From an uncultured Arthrobacter sp. (GTDB lineage: Bacteria; Actinomycetota; Actinomycetes; Actinomycetales; Micrococcaceae): DNA of 64,000 bases. Made by a program: the position numbers and the translations under genes. Within the stretch, counting starts at the first letter, position 1. Each line of letters opens with the position of its first letter. Where the stretch lies: the NCBI RefSeq assembly GCF_947495145.1, contig NZ_CANLXP010000001.1, positions 48,172-112,171 on the forward strand, given 5' to 3'. Positions 50,523 to 60,355 of the stretch are shown here, in pieces. The notes beneath the pieces were generated by a model. That model was not told the origin of the DNA and ran no database searches. It saw only the letters and a program-made list of their open reading frames with translations.

Positions 50523-52073
50523 TCAGACCGACTGTTTCCCGGCACGTTCGACAACGTCCTCCACGTAGGCCACGAGAGTTCGCACCCCAACACCGGTTGC
50601 GCCCTTGTGGGTGTAACCGTAGGCACCGCCTTCGTTGAAAGCGGGACCGGCAATGTCGAGATGGGCCCACGGGATCTTTTCGCCATTCACTTCTCCGACG
50701 AATTCGCGGAGGAAGACAGCGGCGGTCATCATGCCGCCGAACTTCTCACCGACATTTGCGATATCCGCAACCGTCGAATCCAGGGTCGGGCGCAGCTCCT
50801 CGGGCAGCGGCATGGGCCAGAACTGCTCGCCTACCCGGTCCGCTGCAGCTTTCACAGCGTCCCGCACGCCGTCGTCGCCCATCACGCCGGAAACGCGTTT
50901 GCCGAGGGCGACCATCTGGGCGCCGGTGAGGGTCGCTACGTCGATGATCGCATCGGGGAATTCACAACTCGCTGCGGCGAGTGCGTCGGCCATGACAAGA
51001 CGTCCCTCGGCATCGGTGTTGAGCACCTCGACGGTGCGGCCGCCAAAGGTAGTAAGCACATCGGAGGGGCGCTGTGCCGTGCCTGAAGGCATGTTTTCCG
51101 CCAGGCATAGCCAGCCGCTGACGCTGACCGGCAGACCAAGCTGCGCGACGGCCGCAACGGCGGCAAGCACGACGGCGGCGCCCGCCATGTCCAGTTTCAT
51201 GGTCTGCATCCCGGCGCCCGGCTTAAGGGACAAGCCGCCCGAGTCGAAAGTGATTCCCTTGCCCACCAGTGCGAGGTTGATTTTCGACTTGGCCGGCGTG
51301 TATTCGAGCTTCACAAGTCTCGGTGGCCGGGATGATCCTTTTCCGACCCCAAGGATTCCGCCGTAACCGTCCTTCTCAAGCTTCTTTTCGTCAAGGACAG
51401 TGACCTTGACGGGCAGCCCCTTCACATAGTCCCGAGCGAATTGGGCGAACGACTCGGGGTAGAGGTGGCTCGGCGGCTGGTTGACGAGGGTACGGGTTGC
51501 GTTAACGCCGCGCCCGATGGCCCGTGCACGCTCAAGCGCCGCATTCAGTGCGCGGTCCTGTGCGGCGGGGGTGAGGATGGTGACCCGGGACAGAGCCTTC
51601 GCCGAAGCGCGCGGTGCCTTGCCGCCTGCGGCGGAGTAGTGCTCCGTGTAGCTGTAGCTGCCAAGGAGGATCCCCTCCGCGATGGCAGCGGCCTGCTCAA
51701 CTGTGGCCGCGGGCAGGGCCACAGCGATACTCTCCACGCCGCCCAGTTGGCGCGCGGCGGCTCCGGCAGCCCGACGCAGTCTCTCGTCGGATAGCGGAAT
51801 TCCTGCGGTGGTGCGCCCGGTGCCGGCAAGAACCAGCACATCAGCGCCGGTTTCCGCCAACCCGGGGAAGCGGCGTACTTCGTCGGCAGCGCCCGTAACT
51901 CCCAGGGAGGGAAGGGTGTCGGTGAGCGCCCGGGCGGCCTTGGCCGAGAGCGGGTTGTCCAGCAAGACCGGACCGTCCGGGCTCTGGGCTGTTCCTATCA
52001 CTAGGACCTCGCACGCGGATTTCTTGATGTCCCGCGAGATTGCGGTCAGGTGAATATCGCTGGTGTTGCTCAC
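50523..52073 (-). CDS. pepA: Leucyl aminopeptidase (M17)
   Basis: Contains VGKGITFDSGGLSLKP and the NTDAEGRL signature. GTG 52073 (VSNTSDIHL...) is preceded by GAGGAC. The ORF extends to 52166. Confidence 0.9.
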   Translation of the reverse strand: MSNTSDIHLTAISRDIKKSACEVLVIGTAQSPDGPVLLDNPLSAKAARALTDTLPSLGVTGAADEVRRFPGLAETGADVLVLAGTGRTTAGIPLSDERLRRAAGAAARQLGGVESIAVALPAATVEQAAAIAEGILLGSYSYTEHYSAAGGKAPRASAKALSRVTILTPAAQDRALNAALERARAIGRGVNATRTLVNQPPSHLYPESFAQFARDYVKGLPVKVTVLDEKKLEKDGYGGILGVGKGSSRPPRLVKLEYTPAKSKINLALVGKGITFDSGGLSLKPGAGMQTMKLDMAGAAVVLAAVAAVAQLGLPVSVSGWLCLAENMPSGTAQRPSDVLTTFGGRTVEVLNTDAEGRLVMADALAAASCEFPDAIIDVATLTGAQMVALGKRVSGVMGDDGVRDAVKAAADRVGEQFWPMPLPEELRPTLDSTVADIANVGEKFGGMMTAAVFLREFVGEVNGEKIPWAHLDIAGPAFNEGGAYGYTHKGATGVGVRTLVAYVEDVVERAGKQSV

Positions 52074-52329
52074 GAAGGTTCGTCCTCGCTTCCGATGGCT
52101 GGAGGTTACGTCAACGGTCGTGCGGGTTCCGCCGCGTCCGTTTGTTCCTATCGATCGTAGTCGCACCCTGTGACATGCGTCCTACCGGCGGGGGATGGGA
52201 ATGACCGGAGCCTGCGGGCGCGTTACACGAACCGGGATCACCAGGCGCATCAACTAGGGTTGAAACGCACTGGAAAGAAGGCTCGCGGCGTTTGCCGCTT
52301 TCGCCTGGAGATGAGCTGAGGAGGAAGCA

Positions 52330-53391
52330 ATGTTGGAGCCGCAAAGCCTGTACAACGTAAGCAACTCGATCAGTGATGACCCTTCGCTGCGGGGACTTCC
52401 GCTCATTGCAGGTTTCACCGGTTTCGTCGACGCCGGTCAGGTTGTTGCGCAGGTGCGCGATGAGTTGCTCGGGTCGCTGGACAACGAGGTTCTTGCGGTT
52501 TTCGATACCGATCAACTCATCGACTACCGCAGCCGCCGGCCGCGCGTCACGTTCGAACAGGATCATTTGAGGGACTATCAGCCGCCTTCGCTTGAACTCC
52601 TGGTCCTTCGCGACGGACTGGGCGAGAAGTTCCTCCTTCTCAGCGGGATGGAACCGGACCTGCAGTGGGAACGGTTCTGCGCCGCCGTCGCGCAGCTCGT
52701 TTCGCTCCTCGAGGTGCCCCTGGTCTCCTGGGTCCACTCGCTTCCCATGCCCGTTCCCCACACGCGGCCGCTCGGAGTTACCGTGCACGGCAACCGTGGC
52801 GACCTCATCGAGGGGATGGGGTCGGGGTGGAGGCCCACCGCGGAGCTGCAGGCGTCCATCGGGCATTTGCTGGAGCTGCGCCTCACGGAGTCGGGCAACG
52901 ACGTCGTCGGTTATGTAGTGCATGTTCCGCACTATCTGGCCGAAGCCGAGTACCCGCCGGCCGCCGTCACTGCACTGGAATACCTCGGCGCCTCCATTGG
53001 TCGCGTGCTGCCCACCGACCGGTTGCGCGAAGCAGGCCGCGACGTGGAGCGGCAGATCGCGCGGCAGGTGGACAACTCTGCCGAAGTGCAGGGCGTCGTG
53101 TCCTCATTGGAGAAGCGCTATGACGAGCATTCAGACGGCTCGCGCCGGTCGCTGCTGGTCAAGCAGAACATGGAACTGGCCAGTGCCGACGAGCTCGGCG
53201 CCGCTGTAGAGGCGTATTTGTCGGGACCGCGCGCGGCTGACGAACTCGCCGAGACACTTGATAGCGCAGCCGACACACTTGATAGCGCAGCCGACGACGA
53301 AGACCCGCAAGCGGAAAGCACCGCGGCAGAGCCGGACGGCGACGGCCCCGCGGCACAGACCAATGACGGAGGCGAAACGACTGGCGACTGA
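52330..53391 (+). CDS. PAC2-family (proteasome assembly chaperone-like) protein with acidic repetitive tail
   Basis: 353 aa. N-terminus LPLIAGFTGFVDAGQV...RPRVTFEQDHL is typical of actinobacterial PAC2-family proteins. Confidence 0.8.
   Translation: MLEPQSLYNVSNSISDDPSLRGLPLIAGFTGFVDAGQVVAQVRDELLGSLDNEVLAVFDTDQLIDYRSRRPRVTFEQDHLRDYQPPSLELLVLRDGLGEKFLLLSGMEPDLQWERFCAAVAQLVSLLEVPLVSWVHSLPMPVPHTRPLGVTVHGNRGDLIEGMGSGWRPTAELQASIGHLLELRLTESGNDVVGYVVHVPHYLAEAEYPPAAVTALEYLGASIGRVLPTDRLREAGRDVERQIARQVDNSAEVQGVVSSLEKRYDEHSDGSRRSLLVKQNMELASADELGAAVEAYLSGPRAADELAETLDSAADTLDSAADDEDPQAESTAAEPDGDGPAAQTNDGGETTGD
53254..53295 (+). repeat. Perfect 21-bp tandem duplication in the PAC2 gene
   Basis: ACACTTGATAGCGCAGCCGAC occurs twice, encoding TLDSAAD-TLDSAAD. 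Confidence 0.9.
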
Positions 53392-54724
53392 TCCCGCTGC
53401 AGGAACGGACCGGCGGGCCTGGCTGGTCTGGGGCGCCGGCGTCCTGGCGTACCTGATAGCAGTCACCCAGCGCACCTCATTCGGGGTTGCAGGAATCGAG
53501 GCAACTGAACGGTTCGACGCCACAGCTTCCGCGCTGGCGATCTTCACCGTGGCGCAGCTCGTGGTGTACGCAGGACTGCAGATTCCGGTCGGCGTCCTGG
53601 TCGACCGCTTCGGCCCGCGCATCATGATTGTCAGCGGTGCCGTTCTGATGACCCTCGGCCAGGTCCAGCTCGCGTTTGCCGAGTCAATCACGGCCGGCAT
53701 CGTTGGCCGGCTGTTGGTCGGCGCCGGTGACGCGATGACTTTCGTCGCTGTGCTCCGGCTGCTTCCCGCCTGGTTCGAAACCAGGAGAATTCCCGTGCTG
53801 ACTCAGCTCACCGGCATACTCGGCCAGCTCGGCCAGATCCTTAGCGTCGTCCCCTTCCTGGCCGTCCTGCAACTCGCGGGTTGGAGCACGGCCTTCCTCT
53901 CCGCCGCCGGCCTGGGCGTCCTCTCGGCTGTCCTGGGTGTGGCGCTGATCCGCGATCACCCGGAAGGGAATGACCAGCGGAGCCGCGCGACCCTGCGGCA
54001 GACAGGGGTCTCCCTCAGCGAGGCATGGAAGCAGCCCGGCACGCGCCTCGGCCTCTGGTGCCACTTCACGACGCAGTTTTCGGGCACGGTCTTCGTGCTT
54101 ATCTGGGGCTATCCCTACCTGGTGAGCGCACAAAAGCTCGCCGCACCGACGGCCTCACTGCTGATGACTCTCTTCGTGGTGGTGGGAATGGTTTGCGGGC
54201 CGCTGCTCGGCGTGTACGTTGCCCGGCACCCGCTGCGCCGCTCGACCATGGTCCTGGCCATTACCGCGGCCACCGCCCTGGCCTGGCTGGTGGTTCTCAC
54301 CTACCCGGGAACGGCTCCGGTCTGGCTGCTGGTCCTGCTGGTCGTGACGCTGGCCGTCGGGGGACCGGGGTCCATGATCGGTTTTGACTTTGCCCGCACA
54401 TTCAATCCTGCTTCCAGACTCGGCACCGCGACCGGCATCGTCAACATCGGCGGATTCACGGCAGCGCTTCTCACGATGTTTGCCGTGGGACTGATTCTCG
54501 ACCTCCTCCTCGCGAGCGGTTTCTCGAACGGCGACCTTTACGCGCTGGATTCGTTCAGAATCGCTTTCGCCGTGCAGTTCGTCGTGCTGGGAATCGGTAC
54601 TGTCGCAATCCTGGTTCTGCGGCGCCGGGTGCGGGCCCAGCTGGCGCGCCAATCGATCATCGTGCCGCCGATCCGTGAGGCAATAGCAAGGGAATTACGA
54701 CGGCGGCGCGAAGCCCGCCGGTAG
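53363..54724 (+). CDS. MFS transporter
   Basis: About 12 TM helices and the MFS loop motif GVLVDRFGPR. ATG 53363 overlaps the PAC2 3' end. The ORF-track start at 53258 is less likely. Confidence 0.85.
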   Translation: MTEAKRLATDPAAGTDRRAWLVWGAGVLAYLIAVTQRTSFGVAGIEATERFDATASALAIFTVAQLVVYAGLQIPVGVLVDRFGPRIMIVSGAVLMTLGQVQLAFAESITAGIVGRLLVGAGDAMTFVAVLRLLPAWFETRRIPVLTQLTGILGQLGQILSVVPFLAVLQLAGWSTAFLSAAGLGVLSAVLGVALIRDHPEGNDQRSRATLRQTGVSLSEAWKQPGTRLGLWCHFTTQFSGTVFVLIWGYPYLVSAQKLAAPTASLLMTLFVVVGMVCGPLLGVYVARHPLRRSTMVLAITAATALAWLVVLTYPGTAPVWLLVLLVVTLAVGGPGSMIGFDFARTFNPASRLGTATGIVNIGGFTAALLTMFAVGLILDLLLASGFSNGDLYALDSFRIAFAVQFVVLGIGTVAILVLRRRVRAQLARQSIIVPPIREAIARELRRRREARR

Positions 54725-54819
54725 CCACCTCCGCTCCACAACTCTCGAATCCACGGGATTTACCCACATAGTGTCGTTAGCAGGACGCAGGGCGGAGCTT
54801 TGGCGTCACAGTCGTATGC

Positions 54820-56076
54820 ATGACAGCAAACGCACCTCAATCCGATGCCCCCATCAAGGTCAGCACGCCCGCTGACATCCTCAGTTACGTCCCCCATATT
54901 CTTGGCTTCCAGCCGCGCGAGAGCCTCGTTTTCCTCACGATGTCGGGTAAGCGCGTAGGCGCCACCCTTCGTCTCGATCTGCCGCCGGCGGAATCGGATC
55001 CGCTGGAGTACGCGGAGACGGTAAGGGACTACCTGGAATCTGATACCTCCGCTGACGGGGTGTTGATGGTCGTTTACACCGACAGCGAGTGGGAGGAGCC
55101 GGGGGCGCCGCCGCACGCGCCGCTGATCCACTGCCTCGATCTGGTGCTTGACGCCGCCGGCCTGACGCTTCTGGATGGCTGGCTTGTGAGCTCCCGGCAC
55201 TGGCGGGACTACTTCTGCGAAGATGCGTCGTGCTGTCCCTGGCCGGGACACCCTCTCGCCCGCATCACCGAAAGCATTCTCAACGCCGAGCTTGTCTACC
55301 AGGGAAGCACCTACGCCGAATCGTTGGAGGCGGCTGTGGGAACGGGTGATATTGACCGCAACGATGAAATTCACAAGCTGACGGACGCCTATATTGCCGA
55401 ATGGACCGGCAGATGGGACAGGACCAGCCTTGGCCGCGACAGCCTCATTCTCTGGGATGCGCTCATCTCCAACCCTCTGGACCGAACGGAATCGCGGAGG
55501 TCTCCCGAACTCATTGCTTTTCTCCTGGCGGGCCTGACCAGCGCGCCGGTGCGGGACAGCGTCATCGTCCTGGCGGCAGTCGGAGCGGGCGCTGCCCAGG
55601 ATGCAGCCGAGGCTGCTTCTGTACTTCCCGTTGAGCCGGAGGAAGTGGATCTTCCACATCCGTGCGTGGCGCTGAAGGAGAGTAGCCAGTCCGTGCAGCA
55701 GGTCGATGGCTCCGCCCATCTGAACGCTGGGCCAAGTGCCGCCGGCAGCCCTGCCGTCCTCTTCCGGGAGGTCTTCCTGGCTACGCTCAGTGCACCGGAC
55801 TGGGAGCGTCTCGATGCAGCACACGCACTCTTCCTGAACCTGACAGCCGTGGCAAGCGGACAACCACGCTCAGCGTTGTTCAGTATCCTCGGTTGGCTTG
55901 AGTGGGCGCGCGGCAGGGGGTCCCGCGCCCACTCCTATTTGCAGGAGGCGCTTGCTGAAACACCCGACTACACGCTGGCGGAACTGTTGCTGACGCTTGT
56001 CGGGACTGGATCTCTCGCACCCTGGGCCCGAAAGCGTGAGACTGCCTGGACGTCGGATTCCCGTCGGGCTGCCTGA
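54820..56076 (+). CDS. DUF4192-family protein
   Basis: 418 aa. N-terminus STPADILSYVPHILGFQPRESLVFL is typical of DUF4192 proteins, which lie next to the principal sigma factor gene in actinobacteria. Confidence 0.8.
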   Translation: MTANAPQSDAPIKVSTPADILSYVPHILGFQPRESLVFLTMSGKRVGATLRLDLPPAESDPLEYAETVRDYLESDTSADGVLMVVYTDSEWEEPGAPPHAPLIHCLDLVLDAAGLTLLDGWLVSSRHWRDYFCEDASCCPWPGHPLARITESILNAELVYQGSTYAESLEAAVGTGDIDRNDEIHKLTDAYIAEWTGRWDRTSLGRDSLILWDALISNPLDRTESRRSPELIAFLLAGLTSAPVRDSVIVLAAVGAGAAQDAAEAASVLPVEPEEVDLPHPCVALKESSQSVQQVDGSAHLNAGPSAAGSPAVLFREVFLATLSAPDWERLDAAHALFLNLTAVASGQPRSALFSILGWLEWARGRGSRAHSYLQEALAETPDYTLAELLLTLVGTGSLAPWARKRETAWTSDSRRAA

Positions 56077-56366
56077 GGGGGCGGGTCCGCCTGTACCCGA
56101 TTCAGCAATTACGTGCCGCCTCCAAAGCGTGCGACAATGGAACCGAGACCCGGTTGGGTTCGTGTTTCAGATTGAGGCGCCGCAAACCTCGCGGATGTGG
56201 GTGGTCACACCACCGCACGTCGGTGAGGGAATAGCGCACCTGGCGGAGCTGTTCTATGTACGGACAGTTGCCGCTGACAGGTCTGAATTCAAACACGGAC
56301 TTGACAGGGTCATAGTGGTGTTGCCCCCTTGGCGGCGCCGCAAACCGCCGTATGAAAGGTTCTTGA

Positions 56367-57611
56367 GTGTCGGCCAAGAAGACAACAGCACCGGTGTTAA
56401 CAGAACCCGGTACAACTGCAACCAAGCGCAAAACCTCCGCCGCGAAGCCGGCGTCGAAGGCTGCCGCCGCGCGCGGTGCCAAGCGCGCGGCCAACGAGAG
56501 CGGTGCAGACACGAAGGCTTCCGAGGCCACTGCCGCAGTGAAACTTCCCGAGCAGGAGTCCGCTGCCACTGCAGCGGATGTCGACACTGCTGATACCGAG
56601 ACCGCAGAGCCGGGGGCCGCGGAAGCCACCACCGGCAGCGGGTTCGTCTATTCAGACGCTGACGACGACGACGCGCCTGCCCAGCAGGTCGTTTCTGCCG
56701 GCGCCACGGCTGATCCGGTCAAGGATTACCTGAAGCAGATCGGCAAGGTCGCTCTGCTCAACGCTGAACAGGAAGTCGATCTCGCGCTGCGTATCGAGGC
56801 GGGCCTGTTTGCCGAAGAGAAGCTGGCGGCTAACGGGAACATCGATCCGAAGCTGCGCCGGGAACTCGAATGGGTTATCCATGATGGAAAGCGCGCCAAG
56901 AATCACCTTCTCGAGGCGAACCTCCGGCTCGTAGTCTCGCTCGCCAAGCGCTACACCGGCCGCGGCATGCTCTTCCTGGACCTGATCCAGGAAGGAAACC
57001 TCGGCCTCATTCGCGCTGTGGAGAAGTTCGACTACACCAAGGGCTTCAAGTTCTCCACCTACGCAACATGGTGGATCCGACAGGCCATTACCCGCGCCAT
57101 GGCTGACCAGGCCCGCACCATCCGTATCCCGGTGCACATGGTTGAAGTCATCAACAAGCTCGCCCGCGTTCAGCGGCAGATGCTGCAGGACCTCGGCCGG
57201 GAACCCACGCCGGAGGAGCTTGCACTCGAACTGGATATGACGCCTGAGAAGGTTGTCGAAGTGCAGAAATACGGCCGCGAGCCGATTTCACTGCACACTC
57301 CTCTCGGTGAGGACGGCGACTCGGAGTTCGGTGACCTGATTGAGGACTCCGAAGCTGTTGTACCAGCGGACGCCGTGAGTTTCACACTCCTTCAGGAACA
57401 GCTTCATTCCGTCCTGGACACCCTGTCGGAGCGGGAAGCCGGCGTCGTAGCCATGCGGTTCGGGCTGACGGACGGCCAACCGAAAACTCTCGACGAAATC
57501 GGAAAAGTTTACGGCGTCACCCGTGAGCGCATCCGCCAGATAGAGTCCAAGACCATGTCAAAGCTGCGGCATCCGTCGCGGTCCCAGGTGTTGCGGGACT
57601 ACCTGGACTAA
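56367..57611 (+). CDS. sigA: Principal RNA polymerase sigma factor (SigA/HrdB/RpoD)
   Basis: Ala/Lys-rich N-terminus, RpoD box [22 protein letters not shown] and region 4.2 [32 protein letters not shown] start. Confidence 0.93.
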   Translation: MSAKKTTAPVLTEPGTTATKRKTSAAKPASKAAAARGAKRAANESGADTKASEATAAVKLPEQESAATAADVDTADTETAEPGAAEATTGSGFVYSDADDDDAPAQQVVSAGATADPVKDYLKQIGKVALLNAEQEVDLALRIEAGLFAEEKLAANGNIDPKLRRELEWVIHDGKRAKNHLLEANLRLVVSLAKRYTGRGMLFLDLIQEGNLGLIRAVEKFDYTKGFKFSTYATWWIRQAITRAMADQARTIRIPVHMVEVINKLARVQRQMLQDLGREPTPEELALELDMTPEKVVEVQKYGREPISLHTPLGEDGDSEFGDLIEDSEAVVPADAVSFTLLQEQLHSVLDTLSEREAGVVAMRFGLTDGQPKTLDEIGKVYGVTRERIRQIESKTMSKLRHPSRSQVLRDYLD

Positions 57612-57618
57612 TGCAGTA

Positions 57619-57674
57619 GGCATATATACAGAACGAACCCCCTCCTTGGAGGGGGTTCGTTCTGTATATATGCC
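57619..57674. terminator. 27-bp perfect palindrome (bidirectional terminator candidate) after sigA
   Basis: GGCATATATACAGAACGAACCCCCTCC-TT-GGAGGGGGTTCGTTCTGTATATATGCC. It lies between convergent sigA and the zinc-ribbon gene. Confidence 0.65.
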
Positions 57675-57728
57675 ATCCGGTCAGGAGGCTCCCATCGCGA
57701 TGCGCTGCGGCGGACGGCCGATGCGCGG

Positions 57729-57956
57729 CTACGCTTCTACGGCAGCGTTCTGCGCCTTCTCGGTCAACCGGGCAGTTTCATCCTGCCACTCCGACGTCTG
57801 GGGCCGGAGGGTGCTCTCCACGGCTCGGGCGTGGTGCCCGCAGAAGAGAAGCTCACCACCGGAGGACGAAAGGACTGCGCGCACATAGGCCTGGGCTCCG
57901 CACCGGTCACAACGATGCAGTGCGGTCAGCTCGCGGGTTGCTGTAGCTGTTGTCAT
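57729..57956 (-). CDS. Small zinc-ribbon-like protein (DUF7455-like)
   Basis: 75 aa. AAGGAGG lies upstream. Contains a CDRC...FCGHH putative metal-binding pattern. Confidence 0.65.
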   Translation of the reverse strand: MTTATATRELTALHRCDRCGAQAYVRAVLSSSGGELLFCGHHARAVESTLRPQTSEWQDETARLTEKAQNAAVEA

Positions 57957-58196
57957 GGATGCCTCCTTAGTGGTTCCTGTAGTTCATATAACCACTATTC
58001 GTCGCCGTTTCTTCGCAAGCTTGGTGTCCTTTCGCTCAGCGCGTACGCCTGCGGACGGACAATAAGGGCAGGGGAGAGAGCCGCGGCACGCCTGCCGTCC
58101 TTAGTGCGGACAAGGGAATATGCTTGATGCGGTGCCGCTCCCGGCTCCGCAGATCGAGACCGCGAACGCCCGTCATCCCAAGGAGTTTCCAAGGAA

Positions 58197-60293
58197 GTGG
58201 CCCCCAGCTCTGAATACACAGCCCGCCATCTTTCCGTACTCGAGGGCCTTGAGGCGGTACGCAAGCGCCCGGGTATGTATATCGGCTCCACCGATTCCCG
58301 CGGCCTCATGCACTGCCTTTGGGAGATCATCGACAATTCGGTCGATGAAGCCCTGGCCGGCCACGGACAAAGCATCAAGGTCATACTCCACGCTGACGGC
58401 TCAGTGGAGGTGCACGACGACGGCCGAGGAATCCCGGTCGATGCGGAACCCAAAACCGGACTGAGCGGCGTCGAAGTAGTCTTCACGAAGTTGCACGCCG
58501 GCGGAAAGTTCGGCGGCGGCTCCTACACCGCTTCGGGAGGTCTCCACGGCGTTGGCGCCAGCGTGGTGAACGCACTCTCAGCACGGCTGGACGTGCAGGT
58601 GGACCGTGGCAGCAAGACCTACCAGATGTCCTTTCGGCGGGGGGAGCCGGGGCGTTTCGCCGATGAGCGCAAACCCCTGCCGACGGCGAAGTTCGCCCCA
58701 TTTGTCGACAGCTCCCGCCTCGAGGTTGTCGGCACCGCCAAACGCGGAGTCACCGGAACGAGGATCAGGTACTGGGCTGACCGTCAGATCTTCACCCCTG
58801 ACGCGAAGTTCTCCTATGAGGAATTGCAGGCGCGTGCACGGCAGACCTCGTTCCTTGTACCAGGGCTGCGCATCACTCTGCGCGACGAACGCGGCCTTCC
58901 CGGCACTGACGGCGTGGTTGAGGAAGTCTTCCACCACGACGGCGGCATCGCGGAGTTCGTGGAATTCCTCGCCATCGACCACGCCGTCACAGACGTGTGG
59001 CGGTTGCACGGTTCAGGCCGGTTCAAGGAATCAGTTCCCGTTCTCGATGACTCCGGCCACAGCCGGATTGCTGAAATCGAACGTGACTGCGAGGTGGACA
59101 TCGCGCTGCGCTGGGGGATTGGCTACGACACATCCGTCAAGAGCTTCGTGAACATCATCGCCACGCCAAAGGGTGGAACGCACCAGGCGGGATTCGAACA
59201 GGCCCTGCTGAAAACCTTCCGCAAGGTCGTTGAAGCGAACGCCCGCAAGCTCAAGGCCGGCAACGACAAGTTGGAGAAGGACGACGTCTTCGCCGGTCTC
59301 ACCGCCGTGCTGACCGTGCGGCTGGCCGAACCCCAGTTCGAAGGGCAGACCAAGGAAATCCTCGGAACCTCTGCCGTCCGGGCCATCGTGGCAAAGGTCG
59401 TCGAAACCCAGATCCTCGCCAGGCTGAATTCCACGGCGCGCGCAGACAAGGCACAGTCCGCCCTCCTGCTCGAGAAGGTCGTCGCAGAAATGAAGTCGCG
59501 CGTGTCGGCACGCGTGCACAAAGAGACACAGCGACGGAAGAATGCACTGGAGACGTCCACCATGCCGTCCAAGCTCGCAGACTGCCGTATCGACGACTCC
59601 GAGCGCTCCGAACTGTTCATCGTTGAGGGCGACAGTGCGCTGGGAACCGCCAAGCTCGCCCGGTCCTCCGATTACCAGGCATTGCTGCCCATCCGGGGAA
59701 AGATCCTCAACGTGCAGAAGGCGTCGGTGGGCGACATGCTCTCGAACGCCGAATGCGCTGCGCTGATCCAGGTTGTGGGAGCAGGGTCGGGCCGCAGCTT
59801 CTCACTCGATGCCGCCCGTTACGGCAAGGTCATCCTGATGACGGATGCCGATGTCGACGGCGCCCATATCCGAACCCTGCTGCTTACCCTGTTCTTCCGG
59901 TACATGCGTCCGCTCGTTGACGCGGGCCGGGTTTTCGCGGCCGTACCGCCTCTGCACCGGGTGGAGATCCTCAATCCCGGCAGCAAGGCGAACGAGACGG
60001 TTTATACCTATTCCGACCAGGAGCTGCATCGGCTGCTGGCCGCTCTCGAGCGTGAGAGCAAGCGGTACAAGGAACCCATTCAGCGTTACAAGGGTCTCGG
60101 AGAGATGGACGCCGGGCAACTGGCGGAAACCACCATGGACCCGCGCCACCGGACGCTGCGCAGGGTCCGGATCCAGGAAGCCGAGGCGGCTGAACGGGTC
60201 TTCGACCTGCTGATGGGCAGCGACGTTGCGCCGCGGAAGGACTTCATCATTGCCGGGGCTGCGTCACTGGATCGCGAACGAATCGACGCTTAG
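58197..60293 (+). CDS. parE: Type IIA DNA topoisomerase subunit B (topoisomerase IV ParE-like / GyrB paralogue)
   Basis: GHKL ATPase N-terminus LEGLEAVRKRPGMYIGST...EIIDNSVDEA, Toprim EGDSA and PLRGKILNV-like IRGKILNV. 698 aa. GTG start with AAGGAG upstream. Confidence 0.9.
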   Translation: MAPSSEYTARHLSVLEGLEAVRKRPGMYIGSTDSRGLMHCLWEIIDNSVDEALAGHGQSIKVILHADGSVEVHDDGRGIPVDAEPKTGLSGVEVVFTKLHAGGKFGGGSYTASGGLHGVGASVVNALSARLDVQVDRGSKTYQMSFRRGEPGRFADERKPLPTAKFAPFVDSSRLEVVGTAKRGVTGTRIRYWADRQIFTPDAKFSYEELQARARQTSFLVPGLRITLRDERGLPGTDGVVEEVFHHDGGIAEFVEFLAIDHAVTDVWRLHGSGRFKESVPVLDDSGHSRIAEIERDCEVDIALRWGIGYDTSVKSFVNIIATPKGGTHQAGFEQALLKTFRKVVEANARKLKAGNDKLEKDDVFAGLTAVLTVRLAEPQFEGQTKEILGTSAVRAIVAKVVETQILARLNSTARADKAQSALLLEKVVAEMKSRVSARVHKETQRRKNALETSTMPSKLADCRIDDSERSELFIVEGDSALGTAKLARSSDYQALLPIRGKILNVQKASVGDMLSNAECAALIQVVGAGSGRSFSLDAARYGKVILMTDADVDGAHIRTLLLTLFFRYMRPLVDAGRVFAAVPPLHRVEILNPGSKANETVYTYSDQELHRLLAALERESKRYKEPIQRYKGLGEMDAGQLAETTMDPRHRTLRRVRIQEAEAAERVFDLLMGSDVAPRKDFIIAGAASLDRERIDA

Positions 60294-60355
60294 CCCGGGC
60301 ACTGTCTGGCCCGCGTGCTTCTGCAGGTACGCTACGGAGGCCGCAGGCGAAGAGA

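Noticed and set aside
54760-55863. 367-aa minus-strand ORF antisense to the DUF4192 gene.
   Set aside because: No motifs. The plus-strand frame carries the conserved DUF4192 N-terminus and fits the sigA-neighbour synteny.
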